Assembly (NCBI GenBank): GCA_965223545.1
Contig: OZ245006.1
Location: forward strand, 5,216,001-5,280,000
Origin: Planctomycetota bacterium
GTDB lineage: Bacteria > Planctomycetota > UBA1135 > UBA2386
Direction of reading: 5' to 3'
Length of the DNA: 64,000 nucleotides
Made by a program: the position numbers and the translations under genes. The notes under the pieces are model-generated. The model was not told the DNA's origin. It made no database searches and worked only from the letters and a program-made list of their open reading frames with translations. Shown in pieces: positions 39,414 to 48,007 of the stretch (the first letter of the stretch is position 1; every line of letters begins with the position of its first letter).

Positions 39414-40297
39414 TGCTGACGTTCGAACGAGTCTCGGTGGTCGGCTGTGGCGTGCGGATCGTCGACGGCCTCGATCTGGCGCTGCCGGAGCGCGGCACCG
39501 CGGTCATCCTCGGCCCGTCGGGATGTGGCAAGACCACGCTGCTGCGCTGTGCGATTCGCGAGGACGAAGACGATCCCGACCTCAGCTTCTCCGGCGTCGT
39601 CCGGCTGCGCGGCCGCGACGTGCGCGAGCGCGGTCTCTCCGTGCACCACCTGCGCCAGCAGGTCGGGCTGGTGCTGCAGACGCCGGTGGCGTTTCCGGGG
39701 ACCGCGTTCGACAACGTCACCTTCGCCCTGCAGTGCACCACGTCGTTGGCCAAGGCCGAGATCGACGAGCGAGCGGCGCGCGCGCTGGCCGAGGTCGGGC
39801 TCGAGCCCGAGCACCACGCGACGCGGGCGGTCAGCCTGTCCGGAGGCCAGCTGCGGCGGCTGTCGATCGCGCGCACGGTGGCCCTGGACCCCGCCGTGCT
39901 GTTGATGGACGAGCCGTCGGCCGGCCTCGATCCGCTGGCGGTGGCGCGACTCGAGCATTTGGTGCGCACTCTCTCCCGGCGCCGTTTGGTCGTCATCGTC
40001 ACCCACGACGTCGAGCTGGCGCGGCGCATCGCCGACGAAGTCCACTTCCTGTGGCCCTTCCCGGATGGTTGCCGGCTGGTCGAATCCGGCAGCGCGGCGC
40101 AGCTCTTGGATGCGCCGCAGCGGTCCGAGACGCGGCTGTTCATCGACGCGGCGACGCGTGGCGCGGCCGCGCTCGCCGAGCTCGGCGGTCGCATCGAAGA
40201 CTCCGACGCAGAAGAGTGTCTACCGCGCCGCATTCGCTTGAAGGGACCGGTGACCGCGCCGTCGAGCCGGCCCGCTGGTTCCGCCAAACTCCCCTGA
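39413..40297 (+). CDS. pstB: PstB-like ABC ATPase
   Basis: GPSGCGKTT, LSGGQ, LLMDEPSAGLDP, IVTHD. Confidence 0.85.
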   Translation: MLTFERVSVVGCGVRIVDGLDLALPERGTAVILGPSGCGKTTLLRCAIREDEDDPDLSFSGVVRLRGRDVRERGLSVHHLRQQVGLVLQTPVAFPGTAFDNVTFALQCTTSLAKAEIDERAARALAEVGLEPEHHATRAVSLSGGQLRRLSIARTVALDPAVLLMDEPSAGLDPLAVARLEHLVRTLSRRRLVVIVTHDVELARRIADEVHFLWPFPDGCRLVESGSAAQLLDAPQRSETRLFIDAATRGAAALAELGGRIEDSDAEECLPRRIRLKGPVTAPSSRPAGSAKLP

Positions 40298-40306
40298 CCG
40301 ATCACC

Positions 40307-41605
40307 ATGCAAGTCCTCTCCACTCTCTCGCCGTTGCGCCACAAGAGCGCGCGTCCGTTCGTCGCCCGCATCCCGGGATCCAAGTCGTTCACCAACCGGG
40401 CGCTTCTGCTGGCCGCCTCGCGGGTCGGCGAGACCCGAGTCGTCGGCGGTCTGCACTGCGATGACACCGATCGGCTGAGCGAGGCGCTGGACTCCTTCGC
40501 CGGGCTCGAGGTCGCCAAAGTCGACGATGGGTTCTCGGTGCGTCGCGAGGCGGACCGAGTCGGAGCACCGGCGGAGCCGTGCTTCATGGGCGGGGCCGGC
40601 ACGCCGGCGCGGTTCATGCTGGGGTTTGCTGTCAGCGCCGAGGGCGAGACGGTGGTGACCGGTGTGCCGCGGCTGTGTGAGCGGCCGATGCAGGACATTC
40701 TCGACGCGCTGACCGGAATGGGAGTCGAGCACACGCCGCTCGGGGAGCCCGGACACTTGCCGACGCGGGTCCGCGGTGGGGTCGTGGGTGCGCGCGAGTG
40801 GACCATCGACGGTGGCATCTCGTCGCAGTTCACCAGCTCGCTCTGCCTGCTGGCCGCGCAGCAGCCGGACGGACCGGTGCGCATTCGCATCCGGGGCAAC
40901 CAGGTGTCGCAGCCTTACGTCGAGATGACGTTGGCGATGATGCGCGACTGCGGCATCCGCGCGCAGCGCGTCGAGCCCACCTTGATCGAGGTGCACCCGG
41001 GTCGTCCTACCGGCGACACGATTCCGGTGGAGTGCGACGCCAGTGGCATGTCCTACTACCTCGCGGCTGCGGCAGTGACCGGCACCACCGTCGAGATCCC
41101 CGGCATCGGCGAGGGCTCCGCGCAGGGAGATGTCGGGCTGGCGCGCGCCTTCGAGCGCATGGGGTGCACGGTGCAGATGAGCGGCGATCGCATCGTGATC
41201 ACCGGTGGGCCTTTGCGCGGCATCGACATCGACATGGAGGAGATGCCGGACGTGGTGCTGACCTTGGCGGCGGTGGCGGCCGTCGCGACCGGAAGCACGC
41301 GCATCACCAACATCGCCAACTTGCGGGTCAAGGAGTGCGATCGCATCAATGCCGCCGCGCGCGAGCTCGAGCGATTGGGGGTCGGGGTCGAGGAGGGCGA
41401 CGACTTCTTGGTCATCCACCCCGCGCCGCTGCGGCCTGCCCGGATCAACACTTATGACGACCACCGCGTGGCGATGGCGTTCTCGGTGCTCTCGCTGGTG
41501 TCTGCCGGGATCGAGATCGAGGACCCGGGGTGCGTGGCCAAGTCGTTCCCCGACTACTGGGCGGAGTTCGATCGCTTTACCCGGCATCACAACGAGGACC
41601 GCTGA
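40307..41605 (+). CDS. aroA: EPSP synthase (AroA) family enolpyruvyl transferase
   Basis: PGSKSFTNR, AGT, SSQF, SQPYVEMT, MPD, LRVKECDR, DDHRVAM, CVAKSFP. Confidence 0.92.
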   Translation: MQVLSTLSPLRHKSARPFVARIPGSKSFTNRALLLAASRVGETRVVGGLHCDDTDRLSEALDSFAGLEVAKVDDGFSVRREADRVGAPAEPCFMGGAGTPARFMLGFAVSAEGETVVTGVPRLCERPMQDILDALTGMGVEHTPLGEPGHLPTRVRGGVVGAREWTIDGGISSQFTSSLCLLAAQQPDGPVRIRIRGNQVSQPYVEMTLAMMRDCGIRAQRVEPTLIEVHPGRPTGDTIPVECDASGMSYYLAAAAVTGTTVEIPGIGEGSAQGDVGLARAFERMGCTVQMSGDRIVITGGPLRGIDIDMEEMPDVVLTLAAVAAVATGSTRITNIANLRVKECDRINAAARELERLGVGVEEGDDFLVIHPAPLRPARINTYDDHRVAMAFSVLSLVSAGIEIEDPGCVAKSFPDYWAEFDRFTRHHNEDR

Positions 41606-41614
41606 GGCAACGTG

Positions 41615-43087
41615 ATGATGCAGCACAAGGCCTGTCTGTTGGTGCTCGATGGCGCCGGCTACACCAGTGAGAGTGCTGGCAACGCGGTGCGTCCCGACAC
41701 TCTGCCGACGGTGTTCGCGGCGATGCGCGAGCATGGATTTGCCGTGCTCGAGGCCTCGGGAACCGCGGTGGGGCTCGAGGAAGGGCAGGTCGGCAACTCC
41801 GAGTCCGGCCACATGACCTTGGGTGCGGGGCGTGTCGTGCCCTGCATGACGCGGCGCATCGATGAAGCTTTTCGCGGCGGCACCTGGGCGGCGGATCCGG
41901 GATGGGCGCCTGCGGTCGAAGCCGGTGTGCTGCACGTCGTCGGTCTGTTGTCGGACGCGGGCGTGCACGGTCTGGTCCGGTCGATCGAGCAGGCGGTGCA
42001 TACCGCGGCGGCCGCGGGGGTGGCCGAGATCTTGGTGCATCCGATCCTGGACGGAGTCGACTCCGTGGCCGGCAGTGCGCCGGAGCTGTTGGCCGGGTTG
42101 CTGGATCGGCTTGCCGGGGTCGAACGCTGTCGGCCCGGAATCGTCATCGGTCGCAAGTGGTGCTGCGATCGCAGCGGTGACCTGAGCGTGACGCGGGTCG
42201 CGACCGCGGCGTTGGCGAGCTCTGCGGATCTGCCGATCGGCGATCTCGACACCGTCCGCGACCACGTCGCGCGCACCGGCGGAGAGGCCGACTTCCCGGC
42301 CCACGCATTCGCCGGCGGCCGCGGCATCGGTGCCGGTGAGCCGGTGCTGATCACCAGCCACCGCGCCGACCGCGCGCGGCAGCTGGCGGGTGTGCTCGCC
42401 GAGACCCAACCGCTGCTGATGCTGGTCGACCCCGGCGAGGGCGTCGATGTGCAGCACGTGTTCTTCCCCACGGAGACGGTTGGCGCGGGCGTGGCGAGCG
42501 TCCTGCAGGACGCTGGCGTGCGCTCGGTGCGGGTCGCGGAGAAGTGCAAGTTCCCGCACGTGACGTTCTTCTTCAACGGCTTCACCAAAGGCGGCGAAGG
42601 CGAGCGCGTCTGCGTGCCGACGATCGCCGAGGCCGAGATCCCGGGTCAGCCCGAGATGGGGGCCGCCGCGGTGACCGCGCAGGTCACCGCGGCGATGGCC
42701 GACCCGTCGCGCCAGGCGATCGTCGCCAACCTCGCCAACCTCGACCAGGTCGGGCACCTCGGCCGCATCGACCTGGCGGAACGCGCGGCGGCCGCGGTGG
42801 ACGCCGCGTTCGCCCAGATCGTGGCCAGCGCGCGCCAGCACGGCTGGACCGTGCTGGTCACCGCCGACCACGGCAACGCCGACTGCGTCGAAAAAGACGG
42901 CCGGCCCTTCGGCTCACACACGCACTGCCCGGTCCCGTTCTTCATCGTCCCGCCCACCAAGCACCGCGTCCTCTGGAACGAGCAGCGCGGATCCCTCGCC
43001 AACGTCGCCGCGTCCTTCCTCCAAGCCCTCGGCCTACGACCCACCCCCGCCATGCACCCCCCCCTGGCCGAAGTCCACGCCCACTGA
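41615..43087 (+). CDS. gpmI: 2,3-BPG-independent phosphoglycerate mutase homologue with divergent substrate site
   Basis: LLVLDG, GNSESGH, LSDAGVH, RADRARQL, HVTFFFNG, DQVGH, TADHGNA, SHT. Confidence 0.85.
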   Translation: MMQHKACLLVLDGAGYTSESAGNAVRPDTLPTVFAAMREHGFAVLEASGTAVGLEEGQVGNSESGHMTLGAGRVVPCMTRRIDEAFRGGTWAADPGWAPAVEAGVLHVVGLLSDAGVHGLVRSIEQAVHTAAAAGVAEILVHPILDGVDSVAGSAPELLAGLLDRLAGVERCRPGIVIGRKWCCDRSGDLSVTRVATAALASSADLPIGDLDTVRDHVARTGGEADFPAHAFAGGRGIGAGEPVLITSHRADRARQLAGVLAETQPLLMLVDPGEGVDVQHVFFPTETVGAGVASVLQDAGVRSVRVAEKCKFPHVTFFFNGFTKGGEGERVCVPTIAEAEIPGQPEMGAAAVTAQVTAAMADPSRQAIVANLANLDQVGHLGRIDLAERAAAAVDAAFAQIVASARQHGWTVLVTADHGNADCVEKDGRPFGSHTHCPVPFFIVPPTKHRVLWNEQRGSLANVAASFLQALGLRPTPAMHPPLAEVHAH

Positions 43088-43129
43088 ACGCATGGCATCG
43101 CGCGGGTGGTACGGAGTCAGGCTCGATCT

Positions 43130-44401
43130 TCACGGCACGGGCTGGCGGGGTGCGTCGTGGCGCCGGAGGGCGGCGCGGGCTGGTTTGAGACCGCCGGTGT
43201 CCGGCAGATGCCAGAAGGCGACCGGGACTTTGAAGCGGGCGAGGCGCCGCTGGAGTCGCCGGCGCAGATCGGCGGCGGTTGGCGGCGCGTCGGGGCGCAG
43301 CGCGAGGTAGGCGGCGGGGCGGTGGCCGAACTCGGCGTCTTCGACCGGGACGACGACGGCGTCGACGACGGCGTCGAGCTCGAGGAGCGCGGCCTCGATC
43401 TCGGCGGGGTGGACGTTCTCGCCGCCGGAGATGAAGACCTCGTCCATGCGGCCGTCGACGTAGAGGCGCCCGTCGGCATCCAGCCGGCCGACATCGCCGG
43501 TGGAGTAGCTGCCGTCGTCGTTCACGCCGCGCTGCAGTCGGTCGCCTTCGAGATAGCCGGCGAACAGCGCGTCGCCGCTCGCGATGATCTGGCCCCGGCC
43601 GTCGAGCGCGACGCGCCAGCCCGGAATCGGTCGGCCCGCGCATCCGGCGCGCAGCAGGTGCTCCGGCTCGCGTTCGGCGGCGAGCATGCCGCAGGTCTCG
43701 GTGGCGCCGTAGCTGACGATCGGGGCGAGTTCCGCTTCGATCGCCCGGCGCCGGAGTGCGGGCGGCACCGGCCCGCCGCCCAGCAGGATCGTGCGCACCG
43801 GCCGCAACGCGTCGACCGCGTCCTCGTCGAGCAGCCGCTGCAGTTGGGTGGCGACCAGTGAGACGTGGGTCGGCCGCGCGCGGCGCAGCGCTGCGGCAAG
43901 CCCTTCGCGATCTCGCATGAGTGCGCACTGCGCGCCGCGCACCAGCGTGCGGAACAGCACCGCCAACCCACTCACGTGGTGCAGTGGAAGGGTCAGCAGC
44001 CAGCGGTCTCCCGTTTCCAAGCCGAGCCAAGTGCCGGATCGATCGGCCGCGCGGAAGTGTTGCGCCAGCGAGTGCGCCGCGAGCCGCGGAGTGCCGCTGC
44101 TCCCCGACGTGGCGATCACCGTCGCGATCCCCGGCGGTGCCACACACTTTGTCAACCGGCGCGCGATCGCCCCTTCCCGTGGCTCGCTGGGGGGGACCAG
44201 CGCGGTGGTGCCGCCGCCGTCCCAGGTGGACAACAGGTCCGCGATCCCGCGCGCATCGGCGCGCGCTCGCAGCACCGCGGTCGAAGGCCGCCGCTGCGTC
44301 AAGAGATCGCGGACCGCGTAGCACCGCTCGCCGTCGTCCAGCCAGGTCGCGTCCGTCCGGCCGGCGAGCGCCTCGGCCAAGTGGGACCGCGGAGCGCTCA
44401 A
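43130..44401 (-). CDS. menE: o-succinylbenzoate-CoA ligase
   Basis: TSGSSGTPR, LPLHHVSGL, SLVATQL, SYGATET, TGDVG, FISGGENVHP; TTG start overlaps the menC stop. Confidence 0.88.
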   Translation of the reverse strand: MSAPRSHLAEALAGRTDATWLDDGERCYAVRDLLTQRRPSTAVLRARADARGIADLLSTWDGGGTTALVPPSEPREGAIARRLTKCVAPPGIATVIATSGSSGTPRLAAHSLAQHFRAADRSGTWLGLETGDRWLLTLPLHHVSGLAVLFRTLVRGAQCALMRDREGLAAALRRARPTHVSLVATQLQRLLDEDAVDALRPVRTILLGGGPVPPALRRRAIEAELAPIVSYGATETCGMLAAEREPEHLLRAGCAGRPIPGWRVALDGRGQIIASGDALFAGYLEGDRLQRGVNDDGSYSTGDVGRLDADGRLYVDGRMDEVFISGGENVHPAEIEAALLELDAVVDAVVVPVEDAEFGHRPAAYLALRPDAPPTAADLRRRLQRRLARFKVPVAFWHLPDTGGLKPARAALRRHDAPRQPVP

Positions 44402-45477
44402 CGCTGCAGGCCGTTGGCGTCGGCCGGAGCCATGACCGCATCGGACAGCCGCAGCGTTCCCCCGGCCGAGGAGAAGCGCGGCGCGATCACATCGGCTGCC
44501 AGCCATCGGTCGGTCGCCAGGCCGGCGGCGCGCTGCTCGACCATCGACGCGGCGAGGTGGGTCAGGGTCCACAGGCCGAGGCCGCTCTCGAAACACGAGG
44601 ACACCACGCAACCGATGCCGCGCTCCACGGCGCGCGCGCCGATCTTCATCGACTCGAGCAGCGCGCCGTGGCGGGACGGTTTGAGCACCCAAGTCGTGAT
44701 TCCCGGGCCGTGCCGCCAGTCCTCTTCGCCCTCTGCCAGCGGAATGTCCAGACTCTCGTCCAGCGCGATGCGCACGCCGGCGCGGCGGTGGAGGGTGCGC
44801 AGCTCGGCGGGGTCGCGCAGCGGCTCTTCGAAGTACTCGATCCGATCGACATCGATGCCGTCGACCAACGCGCACGCATCACCGAGCTGCATGGCGCGGT
44901 TGGCGTCGAGTCGCAGCAGCACTCCCTCGGGCAGCTCGGTCAGCAGCAGCGACAGCAGCAGGCGCTCTTCGTCCGGCGGCCGCCGGCCGACCTTGACCTT
45001 GACCGCCGCGTAGCCGCGCAGCTCACCGGCGTCGAGAGCGCCGCGCGCCGCCGCCAAGTCGCCGTCGAGCAGCGCGTTGACCGGCACTTCGGCGGCGGGC
45101 GCCGGGCTCAACTGGTGCGCCAGATCCGTGCCGCGCTGCGCCGCCCGCAGGTTCAGCCAGGCCGATTCCAAGCCGAAGCGCACCGATGGCATGAGACCGG
45201 GGGTACCCGTCATCTTGTCCAGCGCGCTGGAGTCCGCGCTGTCGGTCCCCGGCAAGCCACGGCTCAGCGCGTCCGCCGCCGCCCGTGCCTCGGCGAAGGT
45301 CTCGCCGTGGATCCCCGGCAAGGGAGCGATGTCGCCGTGGCCTCGGGTTCCGTCGCTGTCGGTCAGCGTCAGCACGACGCCAGCGCGCTCGCGCAGCTCG
45401 TGGTCGCCGATGCTCAGACGGCGGCGCAGGGGCAAGGTGTAGTCCGACAACGAGACCGCGGCGATGTCCGTACTCAT
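44398..45477 (-). CDS. menC: o-succinylbenzoate synthase
   Basis: GDIAPLPG, KVKVGR, RLDANR, YFEEP, ALDESL, VLKP, SSCFESGLG. Confidence 0.88.
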   Translation of the reverse strand: MSTDIAAVSLSDYTLPLRRRLSIGDHELRERAGVVLTLTDSDGTRGHGDIAPLPGIHGETFAEARAAADALSRGLPGTDSADSSALDKMTGTPGLMPSVRFGLESAWLNLRAAQRGTDLAHQLSPAPAAEVPVNALLDGDLAAARGALDAGELRGYAAVKVKVGRRPPDEERLLLSLLLTELPEGVLLRLDANRAMQLGDACALVDGIDVDRIEYFEEPLRDPAELRTLHRRAGVRIALDESLDIPLAEGEEDWRHGPGITTWVLKPSRHGALLESMKIGARAVERGIGCVVSSCFESGLGLWTLTHLAASMVEQRAAGLATDRWLAADVIAPRFSSAGGTLRLSDAVMAPADANGLQR

Positions 45478-46247
45478 GCAGGCGGGGCGAGATGCAGGCT
45501 GAGGAACTCGTCTACCATAGCGGCCAGTGGTCCGGGTGCCTCGGCTGGCACAGCGTGTCCCGCATCGCCAATCGCGGCGAACCGCGCCGAGGGCAGCTCG
45601 CTGGCGAGCGCGCGGCCGATCGCCGAAAACTTGTCATCCAGCGCACCGGCGATCAGCAGCAGAGGGCGTCGGGCGGCGTGCAGCCCGGGGCGCAGATCGG
45701 GCTGCATGCCCGTGCCGAACACCTCGAGGGCGCGCGCCAGCTGCTCGCCGTCGCCGCCGCGCCGCCGGGCCCGCACCGCGTCGAAGCCGGCCGCGTTCGC
45801 CAGCGATGTGAACAGCGGCTGCGCGTACCATTGATCGAGGAACGCGTCGAGGCCGCCGCGCAGCGCGGCGGCGTGCCGGGCATCGGCCCGGCGGCGGGCA
45901 TCGCGCGCGGCCGGCGAGCGCAGGCCCGGGTGTGCGCCGATGGCGACCACGGCGCGGACCAGGTCGGGATCGGCGGCCGCCAGTGCCAGCGCGAGACGGC
46001 CGCCCATCGAGTAGCCCACCAGCGCGCATCGATCGATCGCGCGATCGCGCAGCATGCGGCGGACCTGCTCCACGCCGCCGGCGAAGTCGGTGTCGAGCAC
46101 CGGATCGGGCGAACGACCGTGGCCGGGGAGGTCGATGGCGATGCCGGCCAGTCGGGGGCGCAGAGCACGGCGGACCTCGGCGAAGTCCTCGGCACAGCCG
46201 AGAAAGCCGTGCAACCAGACCACCTGCACGCCGGCAGGCTGCGTCAT
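45474..46247 (-). CDS. menH: SHCHC synthase (alpha/beta hydrolase)
   Basis: LHGFLG, DLPGHG, GYSMGGR, WYAQPLF, GALDDKF, AGH; position within men operon. Confidence 0.88.
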   Translation of the reverse strand: MTQPAGVQVVWLHGFLGCAEDFAEVRRALRPRLAGIAIDLPGHGRSPDPVLDTDFAGGVEQVRRMLRDRAIDRCALVGYSMGGRLALALAAADPDLVRAVVAIGAHPGLRSPAARDARRRADARHAAALRGGLDAFLDQWYAQPLFTSLANAAGFDAVRARRRGGDGEQLARALEVFGTGMQPDLRPGLHAARRPLLLIAGALDDKFSAIGRALASELPSARFAAIGDAGHAVPAEAPGPLAAMVDEFLSLHLAPPA

Positions 46248-48007
46248 CGCCGCGCGCCGGTGGCCGCGTCGGCCGCCAGCCGCTGGAGGGACTGCTGCAA
46301 TGCAGCGCTGCTGCCTGCGTCGATCCGCGCTTCGATCACTGCGGGCGAGTCGGATTTCAGGGCGGCCCGGACCGCCTCCCCGAACGCGGCGCGATCGTCG
46401 ACCGCTCGGTAGGCCAGATCGAAGTCCGCGCAGACCCCACCGAAGCCGAAGCCGTGACCGCCGTCGAAGTACGGCGTCAACACCCCGTCGCAGGCGGCGA
46501 TCGGCAGCTGGTGGAAGATGCCGCCGCCGAAGTTGTTGAGCAGGACGACGAGCATCTTTGGGGCGAGCTCGCGCAGCAGAACGAGGCTGTTGAGGTCGTG
46601 GATCAACGCCTGGTCGCCGATCAGCAGCGTGGTGCGCTCGCCGGTGGCGTGGGCGAAGCCGACCGCGGTCGCCAGCAATCCGTCGATGCCGCTGACGCCG
46701 CGATTGCTGGCAATGCGCAGCTCCGGGCCGCCGCGGACGCCGTACTGATCGAGGACGCGGATCGCCAAGCTGTTGGCGGCGAACAGGCACGACCGCGGCG
46801 GGAGGTGCGCGCTGAGCCAGCGCGCGATCCACGGTTCTGCCAGCGGCGAGCGCTCCAGAGTGTCATCGAGCGCCGCGCCGACCGCCGCGTCGGCCTGGCG
46901 CCACGTCGCGGGCACGTGGTCCGCACGCGGCGCGCCGCCGCCCAGCAGTGCCGCGGCGGTCGCCTCGGCCCAAGGCCCCGGTTCGGCGCGCACCCACGCC
47001 CGCGCCCGATGGCCCGGATCGACCCTCACGGGTTGCTCGCCGACGACGACCAGCGCCGCGCCGGAGGACTCGAGCAGGCGGCCGAGTGCGGTCGCGGTCG
47101 GTCGATCGCCGAGCAGCAGGACGATCTCCGGCGGCTGCGCGCAGTCCGCGCCGAAGCAGAGTTCGGCGTGCGGCAGCAGAAGGGGGTCGCTGGGGCCCAG
47201 TCGCAGCCCACTGCGAATGTCGGCGCGGACCGGCCAGCCGAGCGCGCGGGCGAGGTCGAGCACCGCGTCCCGCGGCCCGGCGCCGCCGCCGGCGACCACG
47301 AGTCCGCGGCGACGCGGGTTCAACAGGTCGGCGAGCGTGTCGTCGATCGGCAGGGCCGCCGGGCGGTCGGTGGGGTAGCACGCCGTCAGCGGTTGTCGGT
47401 CGGTCAGCCAATCCTCGAGGCCGGCCAGGCAGTCCTGGTTCCAGGCCTCTTGCACCGGCGCCAGCGGCTCGCGCAGTCGGCAGTTGAGCTGCACGGGTCC
47501 GCGCTGCTCGCGTGCCCGGCCGAGCGCCGTGGCGGCGGCGCTGACCACGTAGCGCGCGGCGACGGTGTCGCTCGGCGCCGGCAGGTCGAGCGACCAGCGC
47601 AGGTGGTCGCCGAACAAGCCGGTCTGGCGGGTGGTCTGGTTGGCGCCGCAATCGTGCAGCTCGGGCGGCCGGTCTGCAGTCAGCAGCAGCAGGGGGGTCG
47701 GGTCGGCGGCGGCTTCCACCACCGCGGGCGCCAGATTGGCGACCGCCGTCCCCGACGTCGTGATCACGGCCGCCGGGACGCCGGTCGCACGCGCCACTCC
47801 GAGCGCCGCGAATGCCGCACCGCGTTCGTCACGGCAAACGAACACGCGCGCCTCGGGATTGCGGACCGCCGCGATCACCAGTGGAGTCGAGCGCGAGCCA
47901 GGCGCCACCACGAAATGACGCACGCCGCCGCGCACGAGCTCGTCGACCAACAGCCAGCACCACAGTGCGTTGATGTTGGGCAGTGCGCGCGGATCGACGG
48001 TGGTCAT
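46244..48007 (-). CDS. menD: SEPHCHC synthase
   Basis: APGSRSTPL, DERGAAF, TTSGTAVAN, TADRPPEL, NRGVSGIDG, GDQALIHDLNSL, NNFGGGIF. Confidence 0.93.
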   Translation of the reverse strand: MTTVDPRALPNINALWCWLLVDELVRGGVRHFVVAPGSRSTPLVIAAVRNPEARVFVCRDERGAAFAALGVARATGVPAAVITTSGTAVANLAPAVVEAAADPTPLLLLTADRPPELHDCGANQTTRQTGLFGDHLRWSLDLPAPSDTVAARYVVSAAATALGRAREQRGPVQLNCRLREPLAPVQEAWNQDCLAGLEDWLTDRQPLTACYPTDRPAALPIDDTLADLLNPRRRGLVVAGGGAGPRDAVLDLARALGWPVRADIRSGLRLGPSDPLLLPHAELCFGADCAQPPEIVLLLGDRPTATALGRLLESSGAALVVVGEQPVRVDPGHRARAWVRAEPGPWAEATAAALLGGGAPRADHVPATWRQADAAVGAALDDTLERSPLAEPWIARWLSAHLPPRSCLFAANSLAIRVLDQYGVRGGPELRIASNRGVSGIDGLLATAVGFAHATGERTTLLIGDQALIHDLNSLVLLRELAPKMLVVLLNNFGGGIFHQLPIAACDGVLTPYFDGGHGFGFGGVCADFDLAYRAVDDRAAFGEAVRAALKSDSPAVIEARIDAGSSAALQQSLQRLAADAATGARR

